Of a stretch of 64,000 nucleotides of DNA, positions 36,907 to 47,691 are shown piece after piece. The DNA comes from a virus. Both the position numbers and the translations under genes were made by a program. The notes under the pieces are model-generated. The model was not told the origin of the DNA and made no database searches. It worked only from the letters and a program-made list of their open reading frames with translations. The stretch spans positions 1-64,000 of IMG/VR virus record IMGVR_UViG_3300008267_000003. One strand, given 5' to 3'. Each line of letters opens with the position of its first letter. The first letter of the stretch is position 1.

Positions 36907-38126
36907 TGGCGTATGGTACTAAATGTGGTGAAAACATAACAAATATTTTCCTCACAGAAGAAGAGTTGTTAGATTCTGTTACATTGGGTCATATTTTTGC
37001 AACCAGAAATTTGGCGGGGTACGTAGCTGATGATATTACTGGGTATACTTATGGTGTAGAAAGTATAGCTAAGGGCTCGACTAGTAGCCACCTTGCTTTT
37101 TTCCAATGTTTTCCAGACACCGGTGCTTCTTCTGTTTATAGAATAGGAATCACAGGTTGTAATGAACACGGACAACTTGGTAACCTTAGCACTGTATCAT
37201 GTAAAGCAGAAGTAACTATTAATCCGGTAACAAATCCTATTGATTGCTTGGACCATGTGTGTGCTGCAATGGGGTCGGCTCACACTCTTTCCGTCAAAGT
37301 TGACGGTTCTTTGTGGGCCTGGGGTAGAAACAACTGTAACCAGCTTGGCGAAGCTACAACAATATCAAGGAGCTCCCCTGTTCAAGTATCACTAAGTGGG
37401 TGGAAGAGGGTTGCAGGAGGAGAGTTTAGCTCCTTTGCAATCTCTAGTAATAACAGCCTATATGCCTGGGGTGATTCCAGATATGGTCAATCCGGAATAC
37501 CTTCCGTATCAACTTCATCATTATCTACTCCAACTTTTGTTGGTAGTGGATATAAGTGTGTGTCTGCGGGTTCTGGATTTGCGGTTGCATTGAAGACAGA
37601 CAATACCCTTTGGGTATGGGGTAATAATCCTGATGGACGGCTAGGTCTTGGTGACACTATAAACCGTAGTTCTCCTGTTCAAATATGCCCTAACAAGTTG
37701 TGGAAAAAAGTGAGTGCAGGACCTACTCAAGTTGCGGCTATAGATATGGATGGAAATATATATGTGTGGGGATATAATTGTAGGAATAACCTTGGTCTTG
37801 GTATAACTACTGCTCAATGTATCAGCTGCCCTGTACAGCTTACATCGCCACTCAGGTGGAGAGATGTGTCTATAAATAATCAAGCTGCTAGTGGAATTAC
37901 AACTGAAGGTGCTATATATGTGTGGGGCTCAAACTCCAACAACATGCTGGGTCTTGGTTGTTTTGATACGGCATTCATTGCAACAAGTCCAACTATTCTA
38001 TTCAGGCCGACGGGTGTAAGTGACAATTGTCCTGTACCATGGCAGTATAATGATGTGGAAGCTGTAAATGTTAGTACAGATAATATATCTTTCCTTACAA
38101 AAAAAATGCACTATATTTCATATTAA
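36906..38126 (+). CDS. RCC1/BLIP-II repeat beta-propeller protein
   Basis: DGSLWAWG.N...QLG...SRSSPVQV repeats. Confidence 0.88.
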   Translation: MAYGTKCGENITNIFLTEEELLDSVTLGHIFATRNLAGYVADDITGYTYGVESIAKGSTSSHLAFFQCFPDTGASSVYRIGITGCNEHGQLGNLSTVSCKAEVTINPVTNPIDCLDHVCAAMGSAHTLSVKVDGSLWAWGRNNCNQLGEATTISRSSPVQVSLSGWKRVAGGEFSSFAISSNNSLYAWGDSRYGQSGIPSVSTSSLSTPTFVGSGYKCVSAGSGFAVALKTDNTLWVWGNNPDGRLGLGDTINRSSPVQICPNKLWKKVSAGPTQVAAIDMDGNIYVWGYNCRNNLGLGITTAQCISCPVQLTSPLRWRDVSINNQAASGITTEGAIYVWGSNSNNMLGLGCFDTAFIATSPTILFRPTGVSDNCPVPWQYNDVEAVNVSTDNISFLTKKMHYISY

Positions 38127-38150
38127 AGAATTAATTAGGAGTTCTACTTA

Positions 38151-38783
38151 ATGTACGTAATTACTCAGCATAATAAAATACTACTTGGTCCGGTGGAGTG
38201 GAATGCGTCATATATAGCATCTGTTCTCCAGAACGATCTTGATCTATCGCAGCGACCTACGGTACTACCATCAGATATGTTTAAAGTACCCTATTACATC
38301 CTACCTGAAATATATGTAAGAAATGCTGTTGTGAATAAACCAGAATACAACCCTAAAATTCAAAAGTTTGGTGGAACTACATGGACATTTGATGAGAACA
38401 ACGGGTATGCATCACACACCATAATAGATAAAGAGCTAGACGAGGTTAAGGGTGAACTTAAAAATGCAGTAGCTGCTAAGAGATGGGATAAAGAACAAGC
38501 TGGTACTACTGCTTCAATTAACAATCAAGATATTAGTATACCAACATCACGAGATCAAAGACGTGTTTACACGGATAAATTATTGGCTATGCGGGATGAA
38601 GATACATCTATGTGGAAATTTGAAGAGACATGGATATCTCTCACCAAACAGAATTTATTAGAGATTGTTAGAGCTATAGATACATCGGTTCAAGGTGCAT
38701 TTGATTGGGAAATTGAAAAGTGTAGTGAAATTGATTCATGCACCACACTTCAGCAGCTGGATCAAGTAAATTTAGATGGCTAA
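38151..38783 (+). CDS. DUF4376-like tail fiber accessory protein
   Basis: AA.RW.KE..G, WK, VQ..FDWE, I..C.T...L. Confidence 0.7.
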   Translation: MYVITQHNKILLGPVEWNASYIASVLQNDLDLSQRPTVLPSDMFKVPYYILPEIYVRNAVVNKPEYNPKIQKFGGTTWTFDENNGYASHTIIDKELDEVKGELKNAVAAKRWDKEQAGTTASINNQDISIPTSRDQRRVYTDKLLAMRDEDTSMWKFEETWISLTKQNLLEIVRAIDTSVQGAFDWEIEKCSEIDSCTTLQQLDQVNLDG

Positions 38784-40128
38784 CAATACAAACTACAAAC
38801 TTAGTAATGTAGACCTAAGCAATTGCTTGGTTACTCGTGACTATTTTAACAGTATCTACAACTCTTTAACTCCATCGTACAAACGAAATGTTCTTTGGGC
38901 ATGGGGATACCTTCCAGCTTCTATGAATGAATCTGGTGGCAACTATCAGGCAGACGATCCTTATATTGTTAAGCCTGCAGTTAGATGTGGTATGTACCCA
39001 ACATCATGGAAAGATTTTCACTTGTCCTCCCATTCTACTTTTAATAACGCAAGACTGTTAGATAATCAGGGAAAGTTATTTTTATGGGGTTGTTTTACTG
39101 GTCTAATTTGGAATGCAAATGCGACTACGGGAGGAACTAGCTTTACATCACCATCAGGTAGTAATAGCACGTCTCTTATAGAAAACTGTTCTTTCTATAA
39201 TTCAATTGTTAAATTGGGTAGTGATCACTCTCAAGGCCAGGTGTCTTATATCACTGTTAGTGAAACATCTTTCGGTGATTATACCTATCGGGCATGGGGT
39301 AATAATTGTTTTGGACAATTGGGTACTGATGCAAGCTTACCAACAGTTACAAACGTATGGCCACCCATCACGGTGGCTTGTACTTGTGCAACAACTAAAT
39401 CAAGTTTGGTGTGTGATACTTGTATAGATGTGTATAGTGGTCATATGATTAGTTCCGGTAACTTGTATTATTGGGGTAATAATAATAATGCAGCTAGCAG
39501 GAGATCAAGACCAGTTGTAGTTTCCAGTATATGTGGATCTGCTAATAATGTAAGTGATTATTGTGCAAGTAGAGCTACTGTTGGTGTAGTACTTAAAGAC
39601 ATAACAGGTGAAATAAATACCAACTTGTTAGTATTGATGGGTTATAATGATAAGGGACAGCTAGGAAGCAGTACAACAATCAATAGGATAGGTTATACAA
39701 ACACTTGTTTTGCAAATACCAATCCGGCTCTCTGTGTAAGAAGTTTTAGTTTAGGCGTTTGTTCTTCATTTGCTGTGGCAAGTAATGGTACTCTATGGGC
39801 GTGGGGGGACAACACATACGGTCAACTTGGTACAAATAGAACTGTTGGAACTTCATGTCCAATCCAAAGTATAGACAAGAACGACAATTGGAGATATGTA
39901 ACAACAAATTCAATGGGCACAGCCGTAGCAGCAATTAGAAACGATGGAACACTGTGGGTGTGGGGTGATGTTTCTAATGTGCAGGGTTCTGCTCTTGAAA
40001 GTGTGAGACGTAGCTCACCGGTACAGGTTGGCACAAAGAAAAATTGGGTTAAGGTTTCTATCCAAGGATGTAGAGGAGACTTGGCAAGTCCTAATCACAT
40101 GGTAGGTATAACAGAGGAGAACATTTAA
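38776..40128 (+). CDS. RCC1 repeat protein
   Basis: NGTLWAWGDN.YGQLG, DGTLWVWG, RSSPVQVG. Confidence 0.85.
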   Translation: MANNTNYKLSNVDLSNCLVTRDYFNSIYNSLTPSYKRNVLWAWGYLPASMNESGGNYQADDPYIVKPAVRCGMYPTSWKDFHLSSHSTFNNARLLDNQGKLFLWGCFTGLIWNANATTGGTSFTSPSGSNSTSLIENCSFYNSIVKLGSDHSQGQVSYITVSETSFGDYTYRAWGNNCFGQLGTDASLPTVTNVWPPITVACTCATTKSSLVCDTCIDVYSGHMISSGNLYYWGNNNNAASRRSRPVVVSSICGSANNVSDYCASRATVGVVLKDITGEINTNLLVLMGYNDKGQLGSSTTINRIGYTNTCFANTNPALCVRSFSLGVCSSFAVASNGTLWAWGDNTYGQLGTNRTVGTSCPIQSIDKNDNWRYVTTNSMGTAVAAIRNDGTLWVWGDVSNVQGSALESVRRSSPVQVGTKKNWVKVSIQGCRGDLASPNHMVGITEENI

Positions 40129-42125
40129 TGTCTTCTAATCCTACAGGTTTTAAGATATATTGTGGGACTGAATATCCCGCAACAAGAGACTACTATGATC
40201 TTGATGATTTGTTCATTCGTAAAGATACATTTACCAGAGGCGGTCTTTGGGTTTGGGGTAGTGGATTAGGTGGCCAGCTTGGAAATGACTTGACAACAAG
40301 TAGATCTTCTCCTGTTCAAACTTGTATCAGAGGTAGCAGATGGCGTAAAGTGTGTCTTTCAAAACATGATGGTCACTTTGCTATTGCTTTATCTTCTACT
40401 GGTCAAGTCTGGGGATGGGGATGTAATGATACTTATCAGTTAGCTGATGGAACAACTGGTGATTATCTTTGTCCTAGAAGGTTAGTTGCTAAAGATAATA
40501 TAAGCGTTATATCAGCCGGTGGAGCTTCAGCAACTGCATATTCACCCGGAGTAGATCTTGAACAAACCGGATATGGTGCCCCAGTCACAGCACCAGGTCA
40601 CACAAATGGAGAAACGTGTAGATTTGTATGGGGATGTGTTGAAGGTTGTAGAGGTGGTTATGATTCCGAAACCATTTGTTCTTTGTCTAGTTTCAATAAC
40701 TGTGCTGACGTCGATAAAAAATGGGTTGATATATCCATGGGTAATAGATTTGGTGTTGGTATAATAGACAATTGCATTACATCAACACAAAGCGAGGATT
40801 TCAGTGCAGTTCCAGGTAACTTAGTAGAGTGGGGTGCGGGTAGACCATCAGCTTGCTATCTTGATCTTACACGAACAGTTTACTCAAGAAACTATACCGG
40901 TACTGGGCTCACACGAATCAGTTGCTCTACTGGCAATGGTAACAATACACTTGCTCTTTCTAATGATTATACAATTGAATTCTACACCTGTATGACAGGA
41001 ATAATTAACGAATGTGCACAGGTTGTATTTGACATGAGATGTCCATTTACAGTAAGCTCTTGTCCTGGTACCTACATGCCTAGCATTCAAATAGGAACTA
41101 CCCAGTGTCTTCATTTCCAGGTTAGATTAGCAAATGGAACAACTTCATTTGCCAATTCAACTTTAAGGTTAGGTAGTGAGAGGTGGTATCATGTTGCCGC
41201 TTCAAGAATAGGTAATACAACCCAGTTTTATGTGGATGGAACCAGGTATGGGAGTATATGTGATAATTTTAGTCATGCAAATACCTGTATAACAATTGGT
41301 GCTGATGGCTCCAACGCATCTATTACAGGTGATTGCTACAAGGGCAGTCTTTCAAACATAAGAATTATTAAGGGTGCAGGTATTTACAATGGAGCTACAA
41401 TAGATGTACCAAAGCCTCCTCTGACACTAGTTTCTAACGCCACAGCTAATACATCCTTGCTATTAAATGCAAATTCTCCATCAGCTCAAGAATCACTAAA
41501 TTGTTATAATATTACCGATGTAGCTGCCACATGCTCGTTGGAAATTTTCAACATAGAATCACATACAACATACACACTGTCTAGTGATTCGTGGAAGAGC
41601 GTATCTGCTGGAAATACACATGCTGTAGGCTTGAAGTGTGATGGTACTTTGTGGGTTTGGGGATGCAATCACAAAGGTCAGCTTGGTACAGGAGATACGG
41701 TAGATAGATCTCGTCCAGTCCAGGTTGGAACATCTAATAATTGGACTGCAATAACTGCTGGATGCAATTTCTCAGCAGCAATATTAGCTGGTTCTTTTAA
41801 ATTTAATGCTGCAGTACTATATACATGGGGTGAAAATACAGACGGTCAGCTTGGTATAAACACAACAACAGACCGCTCATCACCTACACAGATCACTAGT
41901 AGCTGTACTAGCTGGAAAAAAATAAGCGGTGGTGATTCTCACTTTGCTGCCATACAAACGGACGGTACTATTTGGGCGTGGGGTTCAAATCAATTTGGCG
42001 AGCTTGGAAGAGGAGATAGGGTCAATAGATCATCTCCTGTTCAGGTATTAGGTAATACTTCAGGGTGGTATGATGTTAGTGCAGGACAGTGTGCAACTTC
42101 AGGATTAAGAGAAGACGCCTGGTAA
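40128..42125 (+). CDS. RCC1 repeat protein with inserted LamG/concanavalin-like domain
   Basis: RCC1 repeats at both ends; central DYTIEF...WYHVAASR...FYVDG...G.LSNIRIIKG. Confidence 0.85.
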   Translation: MSSNPTGFKIYCGTEYPATRDYYDLDDLFIRKDTFTRGGLWVWGSGLGGQLGNDLTTSRSSPVQTCIRGSRWRKVCLSKHDGHFAIALSSTGQVWGWGCNDTYQLADGTTGDYLCPRRLVAKDNISVISAGGASATAYSPGVDLEQTGYGAPVTAPGHTNGETCRFVWGCVEGCRGGYDSETICSLSSFNNCADVDKKWVDISMGNRFGVGIIDNCITSTQSEDFSAVPGNLVEWGAGRPSACYLDLTRTVYSRNYTGTGLTRISCSTGNGNNTLALSNDYTIEFYTCMTGIINECAQVVFDMRCPFTVSSCPGTYMPSIQIGTTQCLHFQVRLANGTTSFANSTLRLGSERWYHVAASRIGNTTQFYVDGTRYGSICDNFSHANTCITIGADGSNASITGDCYKGSLSNIRIIKGAGIYNGATIDVPKPPLTLVSNATANTSLLLNANSPSAQESLNCYNITDVAATCSLEIFNIESHTTYTLSSDSWKSVSAGNTHAVGLKCDGTLWVWGCNHKGQLGTGDTVDRSRPVQVGTSNNWTAITAGCNFSAAILAGSFKFNAAVLYTWGENTDGQLGINTTTDRSSPTQITSSCTSWKKISGGDSHFAAIQTDGTIWAWGSNQFGELGRGDRVNRSSPVQVLGNTSGWYDVSAGQCATSGLREDAW

Positions 42126-42144
42126 CATATTTTTATTTTATATT

Positions 42145-42822
42145 ATGAATAAATGCATATTTACATCCTTTAACAGTCAAATACGATCAAGTCTAGTTCA
42201 GGCTAATCATGATGTATTGCTAAAGTTAATAACCAACACTGATATCCATTACAAACCTCTATACTATCCACACAGTAATCAAGAATTAGTTCACGGACAA
42301 ATATTAGACATCTTCATTCCAAAACTTCTGGAAGAATATGATAATGTTTTAGTTATTGATATTGATTGTATCCCTCTATCGAGAACATCTCTCAAAAAAG
42401 CTTTCAGTATTATTGAGCAGGGTTATCTGTTTGGGTGCGCTCAAAGATCTTTGCATATTAACAATAATCAACACATATACATTGGGTCCCCGTGTATCGG
42501 CTTTTCTAAACAAACATTTAACAAACTAGGTTCTCCTTCCTTTCTCCCTACAGATCGTGGTGATACAGCTGAAGAGTTGACTTACATGGCTGAATCCAAT
42601 ATAATCCCTTTACAGATTCTCATGCCTTCTAAATATGAGTCTGACTCTTATGATGGCACTCAGTGGGATCTTGGTACCGGTAAGCCTAAGTATGGTATAG
42701 GTACTACTTTTGTGAATGATCAGGGAGAGGAGATGTTTTACCATCTCTTCGAAAGTAGACGACTTGTCCATGATTATCTGTTTATTAATAAATGTAAAGA
42801 AGTGTTAAAATATGCATCTTGA
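42145..42822 (+). CDS. Putative GT-A glycosyltransferase-like protein
   Basis: VLVIDIDCIPL (DxD motif); first gene of the glycosylation cluster. Confidence 0.55.
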   Translation: MNKCIFTSFNSQIRSSLVQANHDVLLKLITNTDIHYKPLYYPHSNQELVHGQILDIFIPKLLEEYDNVLVIDIDCIPLSRTSLKKAFSIIEQGYLFGCAQRSLHINNNQHIYIGSPCIGFSKQTFNKLGSPSFLPTDRGDTAEELTYMAESNIIPLQILMPSKYESDSYDGTQWDLGTGKPKYGIGTTFVNDQGEEMFYHLFESRRLVHDYLFINKCKEVLKYAS

Positions 42823-43516
42823 TTCGTTGAATTATACTTACAACTTTGATGTAGAATCAGCTTACATTATCACTCTACCCGGTAACCAAGTATCTCAAGA
42901 TCTCTCAAGAAGATGTCAACTATCCTGTATTGAGATACAACAGCCGTTTAAAGTATGGGATGCCTTTGATGGAACATCTCACCAGCACATAGTATATCCA
43001 AAGCATGCTATTGATAAGCCACAGTATAAATGGCTTAAGCAGATGAATGATAAGCTGAAGATGACAGAGGTGGCTGCTATTCTTAGTCATTTTTCACTGT
43101 GGTGTCACTGTGTTGAGGTGGACCAACCAATTGTTATACTTGAGCATGATGCTGTTATGGTCAACCCCTATTTGAGGCATAATGGGTTCAATCAAATAAA
43201 CTATCTTGGTAATTATGAGCAATGGATTGCTCAAGAGTATCCTGACTTCCCTCCACATGCAGCAGCTACAGATAATAATAGATTTATATGTAGAGCGCAT
43301 GCATATGCTATAGATCCCTATATTGCTAGACAGCTTGTGTCTCATGTTATTCGTTTTGGCTTATCAGCTCCAGCAGATATGATAATTCGTGTTGATCTTT
43401 TTAACATTGTTCAAACCGGTTTTTATGCTTATGATCTTCCGGGTGAAACTACTATTACTGGTCGAGATGAAGAGTGGCAAAGACACTCTCGAGAAATCTT
43501 TAGTACTTTCTTATGA
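42812..43516 (+). CDS. Glycosyltransferase family 25-like
   Basis: AYIITL, AFDG, E.A..LSH..LW, PIVILEHDA, AHAYAI.P..A..L. Confidence 0.8.
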   Translation: MHLDSLNYTYNFDVESAYIITLPGNQVSQDLSRRCQLSCIEIQQPFKVWDAFDGTSHQHIVYPKHAIDKPQYKWLKQMNDKLKMTEVAAILSHFSLWCHCVEVDQPIVILEHDAVMVNPYLRHNGFNQINYLGNYEQWIAQEYPDFPPHAAATDNNRFICRAHAYAIDPYIARQLVSHVIRFGLSAPADMIIRVDLFNIVQTGFYAYDLPGETTITGRDEEWQRHSREIFSTFL

Positions 43517-44325
43517 TTAATATCCATTATGCTATCCAAACATGTACTACTAAAAGTAATCAGAATCAAAAAAGGTTTTGCTCTGATGACAGGGCTGAAA
43601 TAACCAAGAAGTGTGTAACTTCATTTTTTGAATCCGTACAATACTGTGTTAGTATGCAAGGTGATCTGGTACATCACATTAAAATAATTGACGATTCATC
43701 AGATGCTGAAACGTTAAGATATCTTAAGGCGTTGTGTAATAGGTTTAATAGCGATAACATTAAAGCTGATATAGTGTCAACAAGTTTTGAAGGGTTGATG
43801 GATTCTATAAGAGCGTGTTATGAATACCTTAGAGATCAGGGTGATAATCTTGTGTTTCAAGTGCAGGATGATTATATGTTTACTAAGTCAGCTGTTTATG
43901 AAATGGTTGATTTATTCTACCAGTTATATGCTGATAAGGACACACAATCAATAATTAGTGGGTACAACTGTCCAGGGTGGTATATTGGAGAAAACAAATA
44001 CAGCCAGGAGCCTATTGTTATGGTACCAGGAATGTCAAGATATTGGAGACAAATATTCAACACATCATGCTCTTTTTTGACGTCTATAAATATACTTAAA
44101 GATAACTGGGATTTGATAGAAAGATTTTTAAACCTCCACCCTCTCAACTCTATGTTGGAAGCAGACTCGCTTAACTACATGCTGGTCAGACGAGGTATTG
44201 CCGGCTTTTGCCCCATCAACTCCGTCACTTTTCATATGCAAAGTGATTATGAAAAAGATCCTTACATTGACTGGAAACCCGTGTGGGAATCAATTGACTT
44301 AACTTGGTATGAAAACACCCTTTGA
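43513..44325 (+). CDS. Putative GT-A (GT2-like) glycosyltransferase
   Basis: IIDD.S and VFQVQDDY motifs. Confidence 0.6.
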   Translation: MINIHYAIQTCTTKSNQNQKRFCSDDRAEITKKCVTSFFESVQYCVSMQGDLVHHIKIIDDSSDAETLRYLKALCNRFNSDNIKADIVSTSFEGLMDSIRACYEYLRDQGDNLVFQVQDDYMFTKSAVYEMVDLFYQLYADKDTQSIISGYNCPGWYIGENKYSQEPIVMVPGMSRYWRQIFNTSCSFLTSINILKDNWDLIERFLNLHPLNSMLEADSLNYMLVRRGIAGFCPINSVTFHMQSDYEKDPYIDWKPVWESIDLTWYENTL

Positions 44326-45658
44326 AATAACTCTAGATATATTGCTTAAACATGGTGAGAGAAAAGCTGCTATTGAAATGATAGACGCTCTTGCTAGACA
44401 TTCACATGGACTTGATCAATATGATCAAGTAGCTTACCTATATCAACAAGCAAAGTTACCACTTAAAGCAATAGAATATTGTGAGAAAGCATTAAAAAAT
44501 GCTTCTTCTCTTGATCAGACTATATCAATAAAATCCAATCTTGTTGATTTATATAACAGTGCTAACTACCCAGAAAAAGCACTTCAGCTAATTAAACAGC
44601 TTGAAATTGCAAATCCCCGGGATACAAGTTACAACGTGGTAAAGTCATTCAGTTATTTTCTACTAAACCACAAAGATGAAGCTGAAGATATTATCAGACA
44701 GGAGCTTGATAACCACTCACTCAGCGATGAAAAAAGAATAAGATTGAATTTTAATCTAGGAGCATATGAGCTGCTTAAAGATAACTTTCAATCAGGTCTC
44801 CGTAGATTCTTGTTCGAAGGACGGAAACTCAATCTTTGGAATAAACCCCAACTTCCATTTAAGTTCTGGGAAGGTGAAATACAACCAGGTAAAGAAATTA
44901 TATTACTAGCAGAGGCAGGTATCGGAGATGAATTCATCAATATTAGATTCATGAAGCATCTTGAGAAACTTGGAATGAAACCTGTATGGTTCTCTACAAA
45001 CAAAGATACAGTAGATATATTTAACAGATGTGGATATAGGAGTGTAGCATCAATCAATCCGGAAGATTTTGATAAAGATACATTATGGACCCACTCAATG
45101 GATGTACCAATATTTCTTAATCTTCAATACGAAGATTTATGGGACGGGCCATATATCAGTGCACAACCAAACCTAGCTGACCACTTGATCAGAGATAATG
45201 GAGAGTTCAAAATAGGTATAAGGTGGCAAGGTAATCCGGAGTACGATCATGATCTTCACAGATCAGTACCGTTAAAAGACTTTTATGATGTTCTTCAGAA
45301 TACTAACGCAGATCTATATTCACTACAGAGAGATGTTGGACTTGAAGAACTTGAACAATTTCCCGATATAGTGGATCTATCGTCTGAACTTAATAACTTT
45401 GAAACAACTCTTAGTGTAATATCAAAACTAGATCTTATTATAACATCATGCACATCTATAGCCCACGCAGCTGCAGCCATGGGTAAAAAAGTTGTTGTAT
45501 TCACTCCAATTTCAAGCTACTATGTCTGGTGCCATTCTAGTAGCCAAAGTCCGTGGTACGGCGATAATGTTAAGCTCATACGTCAAACAAAACCTAGAGT
45601 GTGGGACATCCCAAAGAAAGAACTTGAACAATATTTGAAAGAACAAGGTATTTTATGA
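44309..45658 (+). CDS. TPR-repeat protein fused to a GT9/heptosyltransferase-like domain
   Basis: Helical N-terminal repeats; W.GE, EAGIGD.FI..RF, IGIRWQGNP, SLQ, LDLIITSCTSIAH.AAAMGK, SPWY. Confidence 0.82.
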   Translation: MKTPFEITLDILLKHGERKAAIEMIDALARHSHGLDQYDQVAYLYQQAKLPLKAIEYCEKALKNASSLDQTISIKSNLVDLYNSANYPEKALQLIKQLEIANPRDTSYNVVKSFSYFLLNHKDEAEDIIRQELDNHSLSDEKRIRLNFNLGAYELLKDNFQSGLRRFLFEGRKLNLWNKPQLPFKFWEGEIQPGKEIILLAEAGIGDEFINIRFMKHLEKLGMKPVWFSTNKDTVDIFNRCGYRSVASINPEDFDKDTLWTHSMDVPIFLNLQYEDLWDGPYISAQPNLADHLIRDNGEFKIGIRWQGNPEYDHDLHRSVPLKDFYDVLQNTNADLYSLQRDVGLEELEQFPDIVDLSSELNNFETTLSVISKLDLIITSCTSIAHAAAAMGKKVVVFTPISSYYVWCHSSSQSPWYGDNVKLIRQTKPRVWDIPKKELEQYLKEQGIL

Positions 45659-46308
45659 ATTCATTAAGGTTTATATTTGATAATATGATAACACTTCGCT
45701 CTGATAAATGGGATCCCTATTTTGAAGTGTATGAGACATACTTCTCTAAATTTCGAAATAAGAGTCCAGTCATGGTGGAAGTTGGAGTATGTGGTGGTGG
45801 TTCTCTTGAAATGTGGAAACATTACTTTGGAGAAGGCTCTACCATAGTTGGTGTTGATAATGATCCAAACACCCTCAATATTGATATTCCGGGCGTTAAC
45901 ATAGAAATAGGTGATCAAGCTAATCCCGAGTTTTGGGATTACTTTAATGATAAGGTCGAGACAATCGATTGCTTCCTTGATGATGGTGGTCATCATATGG
46001 ATCAACAAATAACAACCTTTACGAAGGTGTGGCCTAAGATATCAGAGGGAGGTGTGTATATCTGCGAAGATACTCACACCAGCTATTGGGCTGATTGTGG
46101 TGGTGGTTTACACCAACCCTTTACTTTTATGGAGTTCTCAAAACATATATGCGATATGATTAATGTTGAGCACATCCCGGATAGAACTCCTCCAAAGGAG
46201 TTGTTTGAACTTACAGCAGATGTTGGCTCAATCCATTTTTATAACAGCATGGTTGTCTTTATCAAAGGAAAACCTGCATTTACCAGATCGATCGTGAATA
46301 ATAAATGA
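45655..46308 (+). CDS. Class I SAM-dependent (sugar O-)methyltransferase
   Basis: KW..YF..Y, EVGV.GGGSL.MW..YF, GDQ, DDGGH, GG.Y..ED. Confidence 0.82.
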   Translation: MNSLRFIFDNMITLRSDKWDPYFEVYETYFSKFRNKSPVMVEVGVCGGGSLEMWKHYFGEGSTIVGVDNDPNTLNIDIPGVNIEIGDQANPEFWDYFNDKVETIDCFLDDGGHHMDQQITTFTKVWPKISEGGVYICEDTHTSYWADCGGGLHQPFTFMEFSKHICDMINVEHIPDRTPPKELFELTADVGSIHFYNSMVVFIKGKPAFTRSIVNNK

Positions 46309-47318
46309 ATACAACATTCATGTTAAGCGGTGGGGCAGGAAGAGTTATATGTGCCATTCCTGCACTTGAAAAATTTGCTATTAATAATCCTGATGATGAT
46401 TTTAAAATAATTGTTCATGGATGGGATTTCCTTTTCTGGGGTAATCCAATACTACAAAATAGAACATTTGGAATGGGTCATAAAGGAATGTTTGAACAGC
46501 TAATTAAAAACAACAGACTTGTTGTTCCGGAGCCTTATCAACACTGGTCTTATTATAATCAGAAAAAGTCGATGGCTGAGTGTTTTGATGAGGAGATTAA
46601 TAACACCGATGACCATACTGATTTGCTATCACCTCGACTCTTTACAAAAAAGAGCGAGCGTAATTTTATAACATCTATCTTCACTAAAGCTAAACTTGAC
46701 AAGTCTAAAAACAAAGTGGTTGTGTTTCAACCATACGGAAGTACTATGAGTTTGGTAGGTGGAAGATCAGTTGATCAGTCAAATAGAAGTATAGATCCAG
46801 ATCATGCACTCTATATTGCACAGCAGCTATCAAAGCATGCTATTGTTGTTTATTTTGGTGAAGAGCAATTTATACATCCTAATGACAATATTATGCTGAA
46901 TATACATCCTATGAAGCCAGACCTTAGGATGTTTATGACAGCTGTTCAGATGGCTGATTATTTTGTTGGATGTGATTCAGTAGGCCAGCATATGGCAAGA
47001 GCGTTTAATAAACCAGGTACAATTGTAATGGGATCAACTTTTGAAATAAATGTATCATATCCCGGTCATTTTAAGTTTTATAGAAATAATATCCGACCTG
47101 TATACAATCCAATAAGGGTCGGTGGTATTGATTGTGATCTTACCGATATGATGAATGACAGTGTAATGGATTTTACCAAAGAAGAGTTGGATTCACTCTG
47201 TAATCAGATAGTTAACGATATTGCTCCTGCCAAACAATCAAATGTTTCTCAGGTGTCACGCCCTATCAACAAGTTTGTAAAAGTCAGTTCTGAAAATAAA
47301 GATGAAAGTATTTGTTAA
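46305..47318 (+). CDS. GT9-like glycosyltransferase
   Basis: GGAGR.I..IPA, V.FQP.G, AD.FVGCDS..QHMA.A..KPG. Confidence 0.7.
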   Translation: MNTTFMLSGGAGRVICAIPALEKFAINNPDDDFKIIVHGWDFLFWGNPILQNRTFGMGHKGMFEQLIKNNRLVVPEPYQHWSYYNQKKSMAECFDEEINNTDDHTDLLSPRLFTKKSERNFITSIFTKAKLDKSKNKVVVFQPYGSTMSLVGGRSVDQSNRSIDPDHALYIAQQLSKHAIVVYFGEEQFIHPNDNIMLNIHPMKPDLRMFMTAVQMADYFVGCDSVGQHMARAFNKPGTIVMGSTFEINVSYPGHFKFYRNNIRPVYNPIRVGGIDCDLTDMMNDSVMDFTKEELDSLCNQIVNDIAPAKQSNVSQVSRPINKFVKVSSENKDESIC

Positions 47319-47691
47319 CGGTACTTTTGACATACTTCACGTCGGGCACATACAGCTACTTTATTACGCTAAAAGCCTTGGTGATAGGTTGATTGTTGGT
47401 ATTGACTCCGATGAAAGAGTCAAGAGTCTCAAAGGAGAGAGTAGACCTATCAACAATGAATATGAGAGATTTATGCTTTTATCAGCTCTTAAACCAGTAA
47501 ATGGGGTTATTATATTTGATACGGATCAAGAACTAGAAGAGTTGATTCAGGATTGTGATATAATGGTCAAGGGCAGTGATTATATAAACAAGCCAATCAT
47601 TGGTGATACTCTTTGTAAACGTTTAGTTTTTTTTGACATAATAGATGGATACTCAACTACCAAAAAAATTCAACATACTAGTAGTCGGTGA
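47302..47691 (+). CDS. Heptose-1-phosphate adenylyltransferase (HldE/RfaE domain II)
   Basis: NGTFDILHVGH (HxGH), LGD.LIVGIDSD, KG..RPIN, VKG.DY, GYSTT. Confidence 0.88.
   Translation: MKVFVNGTFDILHVGHIQLLYYAKSLGDRLIVGIDSDERVKSLKGESRPINNEYERFMLLSALKPVNGVIIFDTDQELEELIQDCDIMVKGSDYINKPIIGDTLCKRLVFFDIIDGYSTTKKIQHTSSR

Noticed and set aside
47302-47691. Glycerol-3-phosphate cytidylyltransferase (TagD) call
   Set aside because: Same fold, but overlap with an RfaE-I kinase followed by HldD favours the heptose adenylyltransferase
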